A stretch of DNA of 64,000 bases. Source: Bdellovibrionota bacterium (GTDB lineage: Bacteria > Bdellovibrionota_C > UBA2361 > OMII01). The notes under the pieces were generated by a model that did not search any database, was not told where the DNA came from, and saw only the letters and a list, made by a program, of their open reading frames with translations. The stretch is from the NCBI GenBank assembly GCA_044345405.1, contig JBIJBE010000001.1, positions 114,025 to 178,024 on the forward strand. Reading direction: 5' to 3'. This document shows, piece after piece, positions 47,498 through 56,907 of this stretch; position 1 is the first letter of the stretch; every line of letters begins with the position of its first letter. Position numbers and translations under genes: made by a program.

Positions 47498-48915
47498 TGT
47501 TGTACGCTGATTTCCCTGTCTCCACTATCCTTCGAGAGCTTGAGCGCGATGAGTTGCTCCCGGCTATCCTTTTCCGCACCGCGCGCAAGCAGTGTGATGC
47601 CGATGTCGAAACCCTCGCGCGTAATCCTCAGGCCGTCCTCCCTATTCAACGGCAGCAACAAATTGAGGCTGAGGTTCAAGCGGTCATAACGAAGTACAAC
47701 TTCGATCCTGAGTTCATAACCGGGTACCCGCAGTATCAGGCGCTCGTTAAGACCGGCGTTGGCGCGCATCACGCGGGACAGCTCCTCATTTGGCGATTGC
47801 TTCTTGAGGAACTTATGTCGCGAAGCATGTTGCGTCTCATGATCGCCACGGGAACGGTCGCGGCTGGTGTGGATTTCCCGGCTCGTACCGTTGTAGTGAC
47901 GGCGCACTCGCGACGCGGCTCGGAAGGTTTCAGTGTCTTGTCGTCTTCGGAGTTTCAACAGATGGCTGGTCGCGCCGGTCGTCGCGGCAAGGACGCCGTT
48001 GGCGTATGCATCATCACGCCGAGCAAGTTCTCTGACGCCCGCGTACTCCTTGAGGTTTCGAAGCGGCCCCCAGAGCCGTTGCGATCCTCATACTTCGCGT
48101 CACCTTCAACGGTATTGAACCTCCTAAGGTATCGAAACGTTGACGACCTTCAGTTCACCGTTGAGCGGAGTCTCGCCGCGTTCCTCGATCGAAAGAACTC
48201 GAGTCGACTGCGAGAGGAGGCTATTACCGAACAGCAGAACGTGGAGAGCGATAGGGGGCTCACCGGCGAAAAACGCAAGAAAGCTGAGAAGCGGGTTCGT
48301 CGTAAGCTGCGTGAGGCAGATGAGCTTGAGCAGAAGCAGGAGACCTCATTAACGCAATCACTCGATGGTTTGCGGGCCCTTGGCTATGTGGAGGGTGGAA
48401 GTCTCACGGAGAAAGGGTACTGGGCGGCAGAGTTGTGTACGAGCCTCGTGCTTGAGCTTGGGGAGGCGATCTCCGACAAGCTCTTCGACGACTGCGCGCT
48501 CTTTGAGTTGGTTGGCCTCGTAGCGAGTATCGCGGGGGATCCCCACCGTCCGTACTTTAGGCTTAAGGCAAATCCGATCAAGCAGGAGCTCTTTGAGCAG
48601 ATGTCTCACATCGTTGAACGGGTGAAGGCGAAGTACCAGGGCCCGGGAAGCGCTGATGTTATGGTACTCCCAGACGCGGCGTTGACGGTGATTACGTGGA
48701 TGGACTCCGAGACGTGGCAAGAGTTCTCAGGCTTCTTGCGGCTCTCAGGGGTCGCCGACGGCGATGTCGCTCGGCTGGTGAGTCAGACGGCCGACCACTT
48801 GAATCAGCTCACCCGACTGGAGAAGACCCATCCCACGTTAGCGCAAGCCGCGAAGGTGGGAAGATCTCGGCTTCTGCGACCACCATTCTCTGAGGCTTTA
48901 GTAGCTTCGACGTAA
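47497..48915 (+). CDS. Ski2/HelY-like helicase, C-terminal half
   Basis: LPAILF, HHAG, ATGTVAAGVDFPARTVV, QMAGRAGRRG; own SD AGGAGG. Confidence 0.88.
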   Translation: MLYADFPVSTILRELERDELLPAILFRTARKQCDADVETLARNPQAVLPIQRQQQIEAEVQAVITKYNFDPEFITGYPQYQALVKTGVGAHHAGQLLIWRLLLEELMSRSMLRLMIATGTVAAGVDFPARTVVVTAHSRRGSEGFSVLSSSEFQQMAGRAGRRGKDAVGVCIITPSKFSDARVLLEVSKRPPEPLRSSYFASPSTVLNLLRYRNVDDLQFTVERSLAAFLDRKNSSRLREEAITEQQNVESDRGLTGEKRKKAEKRVRRKLREADELEQKQETSLTQSLDGLRALGYVEGGSLTEKGYWAAELCTSLVLELGEAISDKLFDDCALFELVGLVASIAGDPHRPYFRLKANPIKQELFEQMSHIVERVKAKYQGPGSADVMVLPDAALTVITWMDSETWQEFSGFLRLSGVADGDVARLVSQTADHLNQLTRLEKTHPTLAQAAKVGRSRLLRPPFSEALVAST

Positions 48916-49063
48916 GGGGTAACCGCTACCTGCGTCCACCTCGACTACTAAAAACGCGCATCAGTGACCGGTTTCTGGAAAACCAGAAACGGTTGCGAGG
49001 TGTATGCATCCAAGTAGAGAAATCCCTGGTCGGACGACCGGCCTATGGGGTAATGTTAAAACT

Positions 49064-49813
49064 ATGAAAATACTTGTTCCCGTAAAACGTGTGCCAGATT
49101 GGCAGATAAAGCTCAAGCTCCTTCCGGATGGTTCCGGTATACAGACCGATGGCATCAAATGGATCTTAAACACCTTCGACGAGATCGCGGTTGAAGAGGC
49201 TATCCGGTTGAAGGAGAAAGGGGTTGTCACCGAGATCGTTCTGGTGAGTATAGGACCAGAGGACGTACGAGCTCGGCTTGAGTACGCCCTCGCGATGGGT
49301 GCCGACTCCGCTATCCTCATCAAACACGAGGGCCCAGCCGATTCGGACCTCGCCTCACGCGCCATAGCTGAGGTGTTCAAGAAGGGCGACTACGCAATGA
49401 TTATGTTGGGCAAGCAAGCGATCGATTCTGACGCTAACCAGACCGCGCAGCTCGTCGCCGCTCGACTCAACCTTCCGCAGGCGTGCTTCGCTTCGAAGGT
49501 TGTCGTTGAAGGGGGGGCAGCCACCGTGACTCGAGAGGTCGATGGTGGTCTGGAGACCATAAAGGTTCCACTTCCGTGCGTTGTCTCGACCGATCTCCGA
49601 TTGAACGAGCCGCGCTACGCCGCACTGCCGAACCTGATGAAGGCGAAAAAGAAGCCATTCGAGGTGATAACCCTTGATTCCTTAGGTGTCTCGGCTGATG
49701 TGAAGGTAAAGGTGCGCGGCCTCTCAACTCCAAGTGCTCGCAAAGCCGGACGTAAGGTGGGGAGCGTACAAGAGCTCGTCGAGGCGCTGCAAAACGAGGC
49801 AAAGGTTCTCTAG
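49064..49813 (+). CDS. etfB: Electron transfer flavoprotein beta subunit
   Basis: MKILVPVKRVPD, ALAMGAD, GKQAIDSD, REVDGG, NEPRY. Confidence 0.95.
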   Translation: MKILVPVKRVPDWQIKLKLLPDGSGIQTDGIKWILNTFDEIAVEEAIRLKEKGVVTEIVLVSIGPEDVRARLEYALAMGADSAILIKHEGPADSDLASRAIAEVFKKGDYAMIMLGKQAIDSDANQTAQLVAARLNLPQACFASKVVVEGGAATVTREVDGGLETIKVPLPCVVSTDLRLNEPRYAALPNLMKAKKKPFEVITLDSLGVSADVKVKVRGLSTPSARKAGRKVGSVQELVEALQNEAKVL

Positions 49814-49827
49814 TAGGTACTAAAACG

Positions 49828-50814
49828 ATGGCAAATATTCTTCTTTTCATTCAACACGTCGATGGAAGGGTTCTTAAGGGAACTCTCAGCGCTCTGAGTG
49901 CGGCGCGCGAGCTTAAAGGTCCATGGCAGGCAGCCCAGATCGTGGGTATCGCGCTTGGGCCAGGAGCTCAGGCCGCAGCCAAGGAGATGCTCGGATACGG
50001 CTTGTCGAGCGTTCGGTATTCGGAAAACGCGCTCTTTGAGAAGTATCGGGCTGAGCCCTACGCGCGAGCTGTCGCGCTCGCCGCAAAGGAGTTGTCGGCG
50101 TCGTCGGTGGTCGCGCTGGCGAGTAGCTCTGGAAAGGACGCCCTCCCTCGGGTCGCCGTTCTTTTGGACGCCGCGCAAGCCTCGGACATCATCGGTGTAA
50201 ACGCCGATGGTTCTATAAAGCGTCCGATGTACGCCGGAAACATCATCGCTGAGGTCGAGCTTATGGCGCCTCACCGCGTTGTGACTGTCCGCTCTACCGC
50301 TTTTGCTCCCGCGACGCAGGAGGCCGGTGGGACCGAGTGCTCCGAACTTGCTCTGGCGGGAGATCCGGAGCTTCACGAACAGCCCCGGTTCGGTGAGATC
50401 GTAGGGTATGAGATCTCGAAGGCTGACAGGCCAGAGCTCTCTGATGCCACCGTTGTTGTCAGTGGTGGTCGCGCCCTCGGCTCCGCTGAGAGCTTTGAGA
50501 AGGTTATCTTTCCGCTCGCTGATGCGTTTGGCGCCGCAATCGGAGCCTCGCGCGCCGCGGTTGATTCTGGATACGCGCCGAATGATTGGCAGGTGGGGCA
50601 GACCGGTAAGGTCGTGGCTCCAACCCTCTACGTCTCGGTGGGGATCTCTGGAGCTATCCAGCACCTCGCTGGCATGAAAGATTCTAAGGTTATCGTCGCC
50701 ATTAATAAGGATCCTGACGCTCCGATCTTTGAGGTCGCTGATTACGGACTCGTCGCGGATCTCTTCACGGTAGGCCCCGAGCTCACCGAGAAGGTTCGCG
50801 GGCTTCGGTCGTAA
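49828..50814 (+). CDS. etfA: Electron transfer flavoprotein alpha subunit
   Basis: [44 protein letters not shown]. Confidence 0.95.
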   Translation: MANILLFIQHVDGRVLKGTLSALSAARELKGPWQAAQIVGIALGPGAQAAAKEMLGYGLSSVRYSENALFEKYRAEPYARAVALAAKELSASSVVALASSSGKDALPRVAVLLDAAQASDIIGVNADGSIKRPMYAGNIIAEVELMAPHRVVTVRSTAFAPATQEAGGTECSELALAGDPELHEQPRFGEIVGYEISKADRPELSDATVVVSGGRALGSAESFEKVIFPLADAFGAAIGASRAAVDSGYAPNDWQVGQTGKVVAPTLYVSVGISGAIQHLAGMKDSKVIVAINKDPDAPIFEVADYGLVADLFTVGPELTEKVRGLRS

Positions 50815-51317
50815 TGCTCTTCGTCGCGGCGCGTCGTTCCGTTTGTAGGGTCGCCAACTCGCTCGTGCTTGTTGGATTCCTTTCTGCGTGCATCGTTTCC
50901 GCGTGCGCCCAGTCCTCGAAGCTGCCCGTCGTCGAGGGGCGGTTTCTCACCACCTCTGGCGCTGAAACGCCAAGCTTTAAGCTTGAGGTGTGCGCTAACG
51001 ACGGCGAAAGGTCGATGGGTCTGATGTATCGCCGCGCCCTCGCGAAGGATGCGGGAATGATATTCCTGTTTCCTGAGGAGCGTCACAACTCATTCTGGAT
51101 GAAGAACACCTACATCCCCCTCGATATGGTCTTCGTGGGGCGGGATATGAAGGTAGTTGGAGTTCTTCACAACGTGCCACCTCTCAACGAGCTTCCTCGA
51201 AGTGTGGGGAAGCCGAGCATGTACGTACTCGAATTCGCGGCCGGCACCATGAAGGTCCAAGGGGTCGAGGAGGGCGCTGAGCTCAAGATTTCTCAGCCCT
51301 TACCTAAGGCGCACTAG
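50814..51317 (+). CDS. DUF192 family protein
   Basis: GLMYR, GMIF, FWMKNTYIPLDMVF, YVLE. Confidence 0.9.
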   Translation: MLFVAARRSVCRVANSLVLVGFLSACIVSACAQSSKLPVVEGRFLTTSGAETPSFKLEVCANDGERSMGLMYRRALAKDAGMIFLFPEERHNSFWMKNTYIPLDMVFVGRDMKVVGVLHNVPPLNELPRSVGKPSMYVLEFAAGTMKVQGVEEGAELKISQPLPKAH

Positions 51318-51475
51318 GCTCCCTCTTTTAAAGGGCTTGTAAGAGGCCCTCCGCCGCCCGCTATGATGACCATCAGGGTGACGGATCTCCGTGTTTTTTC
51401 AAGTAGAAGTTAGGAGCGGCTCGGCTTATAGTGGCCCGTCTGTGCCCTTGTGTGTTCGAGCTGTGGAGCCCCTCC

Positions 51476-52978
51476 GTGAACGATAGTAACTCTCTTCTTC
51501 CTCCATTCGTCTCGCCGTTGAGTATCGAAGAGCTTCACCCATTCATTGACACCGTGGTTGGAATGGTTCTCGTTTTTGGGGGATTGGCGGTTCTTGGCCT
51601 TGTTACCTCTAGGATATCGCTTTCCAGTCGGTGGATCCGTGTGGTCGTCGGTCTATTCGGAGCTTCCCTCGTCGTCGGGGGCATCGATGAGCTGGCTGTA
51701 GCCTTTCTTGGAGTCGACGTCGACGATCCTTTTTCCCTTGTTGAGTACATCACCGCGCTTGGGATCTTGAGCGTGGCGCTCGTCGCGCTTCCGTGGTTCT
51801 TCCTCCGCGCTGTCACGGCGCATAGAACGATCGAATCATTGCGCGGAGAGATTCAGGTAACGGGGCGAATGGCCGAAGAGGTGCGCGCTCAACAACGAGA
51901 GCTTTCTCAGCGGTACGCCGCGAGTTCAAACGCACTCGCAAAAACAACAGCTGAGGCGTTTCGGTTCGAAGCGCTCGTTCGGTCATCTAAGGATGCTGTG
52001 ATCGGGGTTAATGAAGACGGGACTATTTGGCACTGGAATCCGGCCGCGGAGGAGTTGTGTAAGCGGGGCGCGCAGGAGATGTTGGGCCAATCGTTGGAAA
52101 ATGTCCGGGTTGGTCCCTCGGGAGATCTTTGGAAGGAGACCAAACGCATTAACACGCTTCCCTATCTCAAGGCTCAAGGTGAGGTGCCTCTTGTCGCTGG
52201 GGATGGGTCGGTAGTCCCGGTGTGGTTCAGCGTCTCTCGATTACCTGAGCAGTCTGGCGGGGGGTTTTCAATCATAGCTCGTAACATGAGCGACAAGAAG
52301 GCGGTCGAGGAGAAGATATCGACGGCGCTCGTTGAGAAGGAGGCGCTTCTGAAAGAGGTGCACCACCGGGTTAAAAATAACCTCCAGCTTATTTGCAGCC
52401 TCCTCCGTCTTCAGGCTAAGGAAGCCGCGGATGAGGCCGGATTGCGACTTTTTAGGAAGAGTGAGGAGCGGATACGTTCCTTGGCGCTCGTCCATGAGAA
52501 GCTCTATCGATCAGAATCCCTCTCCACGATCAATTTTGGGGGGTATCTGCACGATCTTGTCGCGCAGCTTGTTCGGTCTAGCAGCTCATCGCTCGCTCCG
52601 ATCGAGGTGGAGTATTCCGTGATGGATCTTCAATTCCCAATCGACACCGCAATTACATGCGGTTTGATAGTGAACGAGCTCGTCACGAACAGCATGAAGC
52701 ACGCGAAATCTGAAGGGTCCGTCATGAGGCTACGGGTTGGGCTCCAACGCCAAGACGAGGACGTGTTTATCTCGGTGTGGGATAACGGCACCAGTCCCGT
52801 TGCGCCCAACGTTATTGAGGATAGCGTCTCCCTTGGGTTGAGTTTAGTACGAACGCTGACGAGACAGCTCGGAGGTGCCGTTAAGGTCTCGCAAGATGAA
52901 GGTGTCGCTTTTACGGTCCGTTTACCGGCGACCGTGTTAAAGCCGAAGGAGGGGGCCGCGCATCGGATTGCGGCGTAG
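51476..52978 (+). CDS. Membrane PAS sensor histidine kinase (HisKA_2)
   Basis: Three TM segments, PAS WNPAAE, EVHHRVKNNLQ, NELVTNSMKH, DNG, SLGL. Confidence 0.9.
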   Translation: MNDSNSLLPPFVSPLSIEELHPFIDTVVGMVLVFGGLAVLGLVTSRISLSSRWIRVVVGLFGASLVVGGIDELAVAFLGVDVDDPFSLVEYITALGILSVALVALPWFFLRAVTAHRTIESLRGEIQVTGRMAEEVRAQQRELSQRYAASSNALAKTTAEAFRFEALVRSSKDAVIGVNEDGTIWHWNPAAEELCKRGAQEMLGQSLENVRVGPSGDLWKETKRINTLPYLKAQGEVPLVAGDGSVVPVWFSVSRLPEQSGGGFSIIARNMSDKKAVEEKISTALVEKEALLKEVHHRVKNNLQLICSLLRLQAKEAADEAGLRLFRKSEERIRSLALVHEKLYRSESLSTINFGGYLHDLVAQLVRSSSSSLAPIEVEYSVMDLQFPIDTAITCGLIVNELVTNSMKHAKSEGSVMRLRVGLQRQDEDVFISVWDNGTSPVAPNVIEDSVSLGLSLVRTLTRQLGGAVKVSQDEGVAFTVRLPATVLKPKEGAAHRIAA

Positions 52979-53063
52979 GTGGTAGCGTGGAACGTGGAAA
53001 TACCCTCCCGCGGACACCGGAAAGGGGGTAGATCTTCCTCATTGACCTGTTCGTGAGGGAAGA

Positions 53064-53684
53064 ATGAAAGGGGAATGGACCAAGCGTGAGGAGCGAATTC
53101 TTCGCTCGTTGAGAACGCCGTCAAAGATTCAATCGTTTTTAGACGCGTTGCCGTATAGGTGTGAAGATGGCCACCTTTCCGCCCGAGCGGCTCTCAGAGA
53201 TGATCGCGCCCACTGCTTTGATGGATCCCTCTTGGCGGCGGCGGCGCTCAAGCGGTGTGGGCTCGAGCCTAGCCTGATCGACCTCTGCGCTACTCGCGAC
53301 GATGATCACATTTTGTGTGCCTTTCGGTGGAAGGGGCGGTGGGGCGCGGTGGCGAAGTCAAATTTTCCCGGTCTTCGATACCGTGAGCCTGTATTCCGTA
53401 CCGCCCGCGAGCTCGTGCTCTCGTATTTCGAACTCTACTTCAATCTTGAGCGGGAGAAGACCTTGCGAGCGTTCTCTACGCCGATGCCCCTTCCGTCTCG
53501 CGGACGGGTGGATTGGGAGTGCGACGATACCCAGGGGGATGTGATCGTTGAGATGCTCGGTAATCGAAAACATCACGCGCTCCTCCTGCCCGGACAGGAG
53601 CGCTCCCTTCGAGACCTTGATGAGAGGTTGTATCGGTCGCAATTAGTCGGGGTCAACATGAAGGGAGCCTATGGGGGCCGGTAG
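53064..53684 (+). CDS. Conserved hypothetical protein, transglutaminase/papain-like
   Basis: AHCFDG, DDDHILC, WGAVAKSN: a Cys...His arrangement. Confidence 0.65.
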   Translation: MKGEWTKREERILRSLRTPSKIQSFLDALPYRCEDGHLSARAALRDDRAHCFDGSLLAAAALKRCGLEPSLIDLCATRDDDHILCAFRWKGRWGAVAKSNFPGLRYREPVFRTARELVLSYFELYFNLEREKTLRAFSTPMPLPSRGRVDWECDDTQGDVIVEMLGNRKHHALLLPGQERSLRDLDERLYRSQLVGVNMKGAYGGR

Positions 53685-53737
53685 GATTTGCTATACTGGT
53701 ACCAGATAATCCCCCTTTGAATTTCAGGGCAGTCGTT

Positions 53738-54106
53738 ATGACCAAATCGAAAGAGAGTGACTATAGGGTCGTCTATACCACCGAAGAGGGGGCTCTATGC
53801 CCCGAATGTAAGCGCCCCAAAGCTAAGTGCGGGTGCGCCGACGCTCGAAGGATGGAGGTCAAGGGGGACGGAAACGTGCGCGTTCGGCGAGAGACGAACG
53901 GTCGTGGTGGTAAAACAGTCACTACCATCGCGGGTTTAGCGTTGAACCAGGTCGAGCTCCAGACGTTGCTGAAGGACTTCAAAAGGGTGTGTGGAGCCGG
54001 TGGCTCTATCAAGGACGGCGTTATTGAGATTCAAGGCGATCACTGTGACCTCGTCCTGCGCGAGCTTGGTCGGCGGGGCATTAAGGCGAAGCGAGCTGGG
54101 GGGTGA
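53738..54106 (+). CDS. yciH: SUI1/eIF1-like translation factor
   Basis: RETNGRGGKTVT, CGAGG, IEIQGDH. Confidence 0.92.
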   Translation: MTKSKESDYRVVYTTEEGALCPECKRPKAKCGCADARRMEVKGDGNVRVRRETNGRGGKTVTTIAGLALNQVELQTLLKDFKRVCGAGGSIKDGVIEIQGDHCDLVLRELGRRGIKAKRAGG

Positions 54107-54233
54107 GGCCGGGGCACTCTGCGCATACGTCGAAAAGGTTCCGCTTTATTAAGGGTGGTGGCTTTGGTATTCATACGAGGAGGGGCCTGCGTAGGAACGC
54201 ATCCAAAACGGCCTCATCAAAGGGTAGGTAGCC

Positions 54234-54443
54234 ATGTTTCGTAACGGCAATAAGGTACGCATCAAGGACTCCGTGTTTCGCAAAGTTCGCGTCGCGGCGG
54301 AGATGATAGGGTGTACCGTTGAAGAGTTCGTCGAGCGAGCCGCGGAGCGTGAAGCTGAGAAGGCCCTTTCTCTGATGTCCCAGCGTGATCCTTTGCCGTC
54401 GATCGAGAGCGATGTATCGGTTGAGCAGCGGGAGAGTTTGTAG
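54234..54443 (+). CDS. Small ribbon-helix-helix-like protein
   Basis: KVRI strand, helix-G-T-helix pattern (AAEMIGCTVEEFVERA). Confidence 0.55.
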   Translation: MFRNGNKVRIKDSVFRKVRVAAEMIGCTVEEFVERAAEREAEKALSLMSQRDPLPSIESDVSVEQRESL

Positions 54444-54473
54444 GGATTAAGTTCCGCCTTCAGTCACCGGGAG

Positions 54474-54493
54474 GGCGGTCATTCCTGACCGCC
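54474..54493. terminator. GC hairpin between convergent genes
   Basis: GGCGGTCA-TTCC-TGACCGCC. Confidence 0.45.
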
Positions 54494-54671
54494 GCGTTAC
54501 ATAACGCAAAATCCATCGTGGCAGCGATCCTCTCGGCGACCAGGAATGGTCGCCCTCCCAATACCGCTTCGTAATCTCATCAACCCGAAAAATTGGATGT
54601 TCGCGAAGAGGCAAGGAAGGGCTGGAAGAATGAGGTCGTCATCCTTCCAGCCCCGAACCGTGCAGAGAGGG

Positions 54672-55010
54672 TTAGTCCTTGAACCAACCCACGATCTCCA
54701 TGACCTTCAACAAGAGTGAGAACCACACAAAGGCGATTACGCACAATACGATGAAGGTAATAAGCGCTACCGCTGCCGCAATCGCGAAGAGGGTGCCCAC
54801 TGCGGCGAGAAGGATCGCTCCTACTGCCCACAATGGCCAACTCGCGGCTACGACGATGGCGCCAACCAGGAGCGAGAAACCTCGCACCCCTTTGTTTTTT
54901 GCGAAGGTGTATGCCATCGCAAGTGACGGGACGGATCCTACGAAGTAGGTATCGAGTAATGCATTCATAAGGTGTCGCTCGTAGAGAGCGTTCTCCATGT
55001 GACCGGACAA
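54672..55010 (-). CDS. Small hydrophobic membrane protein
   Basis: About 55-aa uninterrupted hydrophobic stretch. Confidence 0.5.
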   Translation of the reverse strand: MSGHMENALYERHLMNALLDTYFVGSVPSLAMAYTFAKNKGVRGFSLLVGAIVVAASWPLWAVGAILLAAVGTLFAIAAAVALITFIVLCVIAFVWFSLLLKVMEIVGWFKD

Positions 55011-55214
55011 CGCTCTCTACGGAAACAACGAAAACCGATGCCCTACCTCTTCCGAACATAAAGATGGTACCAAGTGCGAGGGCCAAAAGACAGCTGATCG
55101 CTTCTATGTGGAATTGGCGCCCCCTGCCCGAAGTCGAACGTATGAAGATAGGTGGGTGGTGCCCCCGACGGGCATTTGCTAACGTTTCGCATACGTTATT
55201 TAGGGCGAGATTCA

Positions 55215-55817
55215 ATGAAAATAGCGATAGTCTCCGGAAGCCACCGTGCGGATTCTCAAAGTGATCGGGTAGCGCGTTATCTTGCGCAGGAGGTGACCCG
55301 AGCGAACGGAGAGGCTGATATCATCTCCCTGTCGAAGAATCCCTTGCCGCTCTGGGACGAGGGAATGTGGTCCAACGATCCAAAATGGGCGGAGGTTTGG
55401 GGCCCTATCTCGAAGCGGCTTACAGCGTGTGACGCGCTCGTCCTCGTCGCTCCCGAATGGGCCGGGATGGCTCCTCCTGGTCTGAAGAACTTTTTGCTGC
55501 TTTGCTCCGCAGGCGAGGTGGGGCATAAGCCCGCGTTGATCGTGTCCGTATCAAGTGGAATTGGCGGAAGCTATCCGATCGCCGAGCTAAGGGTTTCGTC
55601 GTATAAGAATAATCGACTCGTGTACATCCCAGAGCACGTCATCGTCCGAAACGTCGAGGAGGTGCTTCACGGCGAAACCTCATCCAGTGATCGCGACGAG
55701 TCAACCCGGTCTCGTCTTCGCTACGGTGTCGCGATCCTTTCGGAATACGCGCGGGCGCTCAAATCTGTTCGCGAAAGTGGGGTTATCGACCATAAGAACT
55801 TTCCGTTTGGCATGTAG
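55215..55817 (+). CDS. NADPH-dependent FMN reductase family
   Basis: SGSHRADSQS, APEWAG...LKN, VSSGIGG. Confidence 0.88.
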   Translation: MKIAIVSGSHRADSQSDRVARYLAQEVTRANGEADIISLSKNPLPLWDEGMWSNDPKWAEVWGPISKRLTACDALVLVAPEWAGMAPPGLKNFLLLCSAGEVGHKPALIVSVSSGIGGSYPIAELRVSSYKNNRLVYIPEHVIVRNVEEVLHGETSSSDRDESTRSRLRYGVAILSEYARALKSVRESGVIDHKNFPFGM

Positions 55818-55832
55818 GAAGGGGAGTGTCGC

Positions 55833-56888
55833 ATGCGAATAGCGTTCCTCGCGCACACGATTCCGTTTAACGATCGCACGATCGATGAGGAGCCGATTGG
55901 TGGTACGGAGACCGGCGTGGTCCGCCTCGCGCGAGCGCTCCGCGATCTGGGGCACGATGTGGTTGTCTTTACCACCGATCCCCTTCCCCCGCTCAGCGAT
56001 CCCCTCTACGTTCCGCACACGGCGCTGAGTGACCTCGGTAAGGTTGACATCTTTATCGGCGTTCGCGATTGGAATCACCTCTTCCTTCCGATCGATACGA
56101 AGCTAAGATTTTTGTGGACGGGGGATTCGCCGTTACAACCCTTTACCCGTGGGCTCGGTGATAGGCGGGTCGCCGATCATCTTGATGGGCTTCTCACGGT
56201 GAGTGAGTGGCACGCCAACACCCTATGCGAGGCCTCAGGGTTTCCTCGATCGAAGGCATGGGTACTCGGCAACGGCATCGAGCCATCTTTTTTTGAGGGC
56301 GAGGAGCCACGCGGGCGCAAACGCCTGATCTATTCATCGGTTCCGTACCGGGGGCTTCAGCTCATGCCGGAGATCTTACCTCGTCTTATCGAGCTGCATC
56401 CCGATCTTGAGTTCCACTCCTTTAGCGGCTTTCGAGTGTATCAGGATAATGTGTCTGATGGGGATCGCGCCGAGTTCGAGCGGGTGCTCGCCCGGTTGCG
56501 ACAGTTCCCTCAGTTTCATGCGCACGGTAACGTGACTCAAAAACAGCTTGCGCGGGAGATGATGCGTTCCTCTATCCTCTGTTACCCAAATACCTTTGAG
56601 GAGACCTCGTGCATTACCGCGCTGGAGGCGCAAGCGGCCGGATGCGCCATAGTAACAAGCGCGTTCGGGGCGCTCCCAGAAACGGTAGGGCAAGCGGGAA
56701 TTCTGATCGGGGGAGAACCGGGAACTCCGGACTATCTCGACCGGTTCATCGCAGCGATTGATACGCTCCTACGCGACGATGTCGCGCTCGATCGGTGTGT
56801 AGAGGCGGGACGCAAGCAAGTTCAGCGTCATTCCTGGAGCGCGATCGCGTCCCGATTCTCGGAGTATCTTGAGGGCCGAGCCTCTTAA
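55833..56888 (+). CDS. GT4 (GT-B) glycosyltransferase
   Basis: GGTE, VSEWH, NGI, SVPYRGL, ETSCITALEAQAAG, GALPET. Confidence 0.88.
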   Translation: MRIAFLAHTIPFNDRTIDEEPIGGTETGVVRLARALRDLGHDVVVFTTDPLPPLSDPLYVPHTALSDLGKVDIFIGVRDWNHLFLPIDTKLRFLWTGDSPLQPFTRGLGDRRVADHLDGLLTVSEWHANTLCEASGFPRSKAWVLGNGIEPSFFEGEEPRGRKRLIYSSVPYRGLQLMPEILPRLIELHPDLEFHSFSGFRVYQDNVSDGDRAEFERVLARLRQFPQFHAHGNVTQKQLAREMMRSSILCYPNTFEETSCITALEAQAAGCAIVTSAFGALPETVGQAGILIGGEPGTPDYLDRFIAAIDTLLRDDVALDRCVEAGRKQVQRHSWSAIASRFSEYLEGRAS

Positions 56889-56907
56889 GCGTAGCGGGAT
56901 CTTTCCG

